NCBI GenBank assembly: GCA_965248535.1
Contig: CBDFJR010000005.1
Coordinates: 1,824,001-1,888,000, forward strand
Source: Phormidesmis sp.
Lineage (GTDB): Bacteria; Cyanobacteriota; Cyanobacteriia; Leptolyngbyales; Leptolyngbyaceae
Length of the DNA: 64,000 nucleotides
Direction: 5' to 3'
Under the pieces are notes generated by a model. That model made no database searches. It was not told the DNA's origin and was given only the letters and a program-made list of their open reading frames with translations. This document shows, piece after piece, positions 62,001 to 64,000 of this stretch (position 1 is its first letter; each line of letters opens with the position of its first letter). Both the position numbers and the translations under genes were made by a program.

Positions 62001-62324
62001 TGGCAACGCTATCGCGGTTGGATTAATTCGCCCAATGTCACCCCTCATTATGGAGCGGCAGCCGAAATGTTGTTGCTGCAATTGGATATGCTCACCTACC
62101 TTGATCGCTCCACCACTGAACCGACGATCGTCATTGGCGCAGGCGTTCCAAAAGAGTGGCTTAATAAACCCATGAGTGTGAAAGGGCTACCCATTGGCGG
62201 AAGTTTGGTCAACTGGACGTGGGACGGACAGCAAATGGCGGTTCAGATTCGAGGTAAGAAGGTCAACGTTCGGCTGGGGTCAGTCTTTCCATCAGCTACC
62301 TCAACCAAAGTGGAAATCCTCTAA
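59094..62324 (+). CDS. 1076-aa fusion: multi-TM domain + beta domain + six-hairpin glycosidase-like domain
   Basis: About 10 TM segments in the first ~420 aa (KHPLF, VPET); helical C-terminal domain with REGAY, ADVPALGIWAL, TPHYGAAAE. Confidence 0.6.
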   Translation: MAANLFFRVQSVRHSLTHSCMKWLSQHRVDSSITLVLAIVFAGISYLSAQQIPDPLLTDFYAQDVWFGGDIPTVFGNITSLQSDFGRNNKHPLFPLIAFPLVFGLGKLLHLEPVSAARLVIALVGASWIGSLYILFRLLPCPRLDAVIFSLLGGVSAAATFWFVVPETFSFGSLSILLVLVVVALAQHRKLAPVWYVLAGAFSLSITLTNWMVGLLATIVNHRWKKALQITLVTFLVVNVLWVLQRSIFRNAGYSFSLKTFVGEKKFMSAPESEGVLSAVSSFFYQTIVMPATQVQDSLIRAGWAQLTANTLTPGSGGFWGMLAVVAWTALFILGAWSFLTTKQQPKLRIVVGLALLGQLLIHSVYGRQETFIYSLHFTPLLLTVAAFSSLSRLRWVGLGLAGLLVVSAGINNRSQFNQITAALQTYGTPQQQVQAQMRSRPSDFWPRNLGHVILATPGSRAEDKAYYEPGGSFSPVAGSFGVSIWMVDKDGMPQITSDTIPLNQIQQQFTNLGQQPPGISAKTEFYQASWQATKSGWRLALTTPANSPTRPVLMIRSVGPAGGAVNSLNWNGQRLMVNDRWSLQPIASPVKVHLGSESPGWVTQSSPTAQWQDKWGWGYARLELTPGNTWTIDLTDSAPQIPANAIASKLSPDLALELPDAQFVESINAQTSHLLMGLVGNRTRLGDPLSYPLPRLREGAYEMVALARAGQLDTAKQLSTYFAETDFLNGIQPQADVPALGIWALAAVAEQVSQPDYDRLLWPHIQRKVDLISEMLVTNRPGYPVADKSQIPFAEYPDFLAQDLVGGKMEQTSGLITLDPAASIMSYRALLDAATLADRVNQPSFAQRWRAQAERLQSAWRKGFEPIFAQDPATYANSLWPSWIATADRPVLTQALQQHWNYDANGALRQPVTPAFNLAETHQWLFLGQSDRVWTTLRWWWQHQTSPGLYSWWGETPKPGDVPKSFSHWQRYRGWINSPNVTPHYGAAAEMLLLQLDMLTYLDRSTTEPTIVIGAGVPKEWLNKPMSVKGLPIGGSLVNWTWDGQQMAVQIRGKKVNVRLGSVFPSATSTKVEIL

Positions 62325-62466
62325 GCCTGACCAGTCATGGCAACCAGCCCTCAGTTTGGGGAGATTGTTAGACACTAGGAGCCAGCGATCGCGCCCACCC
62401 TGCCTAACATCTCCTGTCTTGAGCGTAAACTGTAGAGATATAGAATCGCGATCGCGCCCCTCTGTC

Positions 62467-62655
62467 ATGAACCCTAAGCTGCTAAAAATCACGCTCTGCA
62501 CCGCCATATTCTTAACTACCGTCTATGCGTCTGCCGCTTTAGCAGAGGGCGGCGGTGAGGGCGGCGGGAATGTACAAACGCCCGTGCAGGTAATTGTGCA
62601 AATCGCAGTAACGGCTGCTGTTTTAAAAGTGCTCGATCGCTTCAACTTACCCTAA
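62467..62655 (+). CDS. 62-aa protein with signal peptide
   Basis: MNPKLLKITL...AALA|EGGGEGGG followed by a hydrophobic helix; inside the 62194-62655 ORF. Confidence 0.55.
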   Translation: MNPKLLKITLCTAIFLTTVYASAALAEGGGEGGGNVQTPVQVIVQIAVTAAVLKVLDRFNLP

Positions 62656-62656
62656 A

Positions 62657-64000
62657 TTAAGAGAGTGCTTGACGCGCTCGATCGAGCTTATTTTGCGCCT
62701 CAAATCGGTGTTCTTGCCATCCTAAGCCGATCATACTAGCTACGAAAAGGGTATAGCCTGGCTCTTCTAGCTGCGAAAAAATGAGTCCAAACACAAACAC
62801 AGTCAGCATTAGGTATTTAGATAAATCGATGACACAAATATGCCACCACACGAGAAAGGCTAAATAAAAGTAGGACATCAGACCCAATAGTCCTAAATCT
62901 CCCCAGAGTCCAGCCCACCCGAACAAGGGAGAAAATAAACTGGATTGATCGCCCAACCAACTAGCCCCAACGGCTCTCCAAATTGCCTTACTAGCGGGGT
63001 GCATTGTTGCGCCTAGAGGTTGCAGCAAGCTCCAATAATTTTCTAGCATCCAGCCGCCCAATCGCCCGACCGTATGCCCTGGGCCAAGACCTAGCAGCCA
63101 GCACAAGGGAGATTCAAAATAGGTGGGAACGATGCGGAATGTCGCAAATTTCAGTCGAGTTGCTTCGCCATCGGCTCCGTAAATTTCGGGTCTGATCCAA
63201 ACAGTGTAAGGCTGGAGATACTCAATATTGTAAATTGCCCAGTAGAATGCGCTGAGAACCACCACACCAAGAATGAGATACATCAATGTTTTGCCAATAT
63301 CTTTGACATTGACTAGATAGAGCAAGCCATATCCAACGATGAAGGCGAGCAATACTTGCTTGGTGTCTGAGATGATGATGTGGTTAAAACACGCTAATGC
63401 GATCGCGCCCCGAAACCAGAGCGGCTTTGCTTTAGCCGTCACGAAGTAATAGACAGCAAAGGTGAGGGCAACTGAGCCGCCAATGACGTGCCCGGCTCCC
63501 TGCCCGATAAAAATTCCTTTAACGTTATCCTCTAGTCCAATGAGTTTGTCCATGTGAAACACATACTTTTGCACATAGGCAAACAGCATGTTGATCATGG
63601 CAAATCGCAGAATCCAACTGCGAAAATTTTGAAACCCCTCCTGCGTCATGGGCATACAGACGATGGTCAAGATCAAGATAAATGGTTCTGATAGCAATAA
63701 AAAATCTAGAGCTGCATTAATTACCCCGGCATCATTCAGCAAGGCGCTGGCGATCGTCACGGTCAGCAACAAAAATATACCAATCAACAATTGTCTAGAG
63801 ATAGCAATTTGTTTAGGGTCTTTGCTGCGCGATCGCAACAGCACCGATCCACAGGCTAGGGGAATCGTGACAAAGTGCAAAAAGTTGATGGCCGAAGGAA
63901 TCTTTAGGGCCGTCAAGACTCGCGTGAATAAAGCCGTGCCAACCCCCACTAGGGTTAGAGTCGAGTTTTTGACATACCCCTTTTGCTTAGATGTTGTTGG
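62657..64000 (-). CDS. Wzy/O-antigen-polymerase-like multi-TM protein (5' end beyond the window)
   Basis: About 11 TM segments, GLGPG loop motif; frame open to 64000; lies in a polysaccharide locus. Confidence 0.65.
   Translation of the reverse strand, partial: PTTSKQKGYVKNSTLTLVGVGTALFTRVLTALKIPSAINFLHFVTIPLACGSVLLRSRSKDPKQIAISRQLLIGIFLLLTVTIASALLNDAGVINAALDFLLLSEPFILILTIVCMPMTQEGFQNFRSWILRFAMINMLFAYVQKYVFHMDKLIGLEDNVKGIFIGQGAGHVIGGSVALTFAVYYFVTAKAKPLWFRGAIALACFNHIIISDTKQVLLAFIVGYGLLYLVNVKDIGKTLMYLILGVVVLSAFYWAIYNIEYLQPYTVWIRPEIYGADGEATRLKFATFRIVPTYFESPLCWLLGLGPGHTVGRLGGWMLENYWSLLQPLGATMHPASKAIWRAVGASWLGDQSSLFSPLFGWAGLWGDLGLLGLMSYFYLAFLVWWHICVIDLSKYLMLTVFVFGLIFSQLEEPGYTLFVASMIGLGWQEHRFEAQNKLDRARQALS

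Overview
Chromosomal window from a cyanobacterium, probably a filamentous Leptolyngbya-like organism. The HIP1 octamer GCGATCGC is very frequent, and rpaB and btpA are present. From left to right it holds: divergent radA/rpaB; a ~14 kb cellulose locus (GH5 cellulase, two uncharacterised genes, OprB-like porin, TPR protein, GH8/BcsZ, BcsB, BcsA); a three-gene phosphorelay whose large kinase has a Cys-less LOV-like PAS domain; glcE-glcF-hisC; an acyl-CoA-dehydrogenase-like / PIG-L deacetylase / NodS-like methyltransferase / GT2 cluster; two non-autonomous IS200/IS605 (TnpB) elements; likely stress genes (YihY, acidic hydrophilic protein, hemerythrin/HHE protein); housekeeping genes (map, purN, btpA, dxr, tRNA-Val); and the start of an rfbCDAB-wza polysaccharide locus with a 1076-aa membrane/glycosidase-like fusion. 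Three genes each carry a single-base +1 frameshift, most likely sequencing errors. Best leads: (1) a cellulose export system in which BcsC appears split into a TPR protein plus a porin; (2) the orphan four-enzyme cluster; (3) a TnpB element with a small ribbon-helix-helix gene in place of tnpA and a predicted GC-rich target motif (GCCC); (4) an adjacent degenerate 22-bp tandem array; (5) a recurrent 16-bp pseudo-palindrome upstream of stress-type genes. All calls come from reading motifs by eye; no database searches were run.
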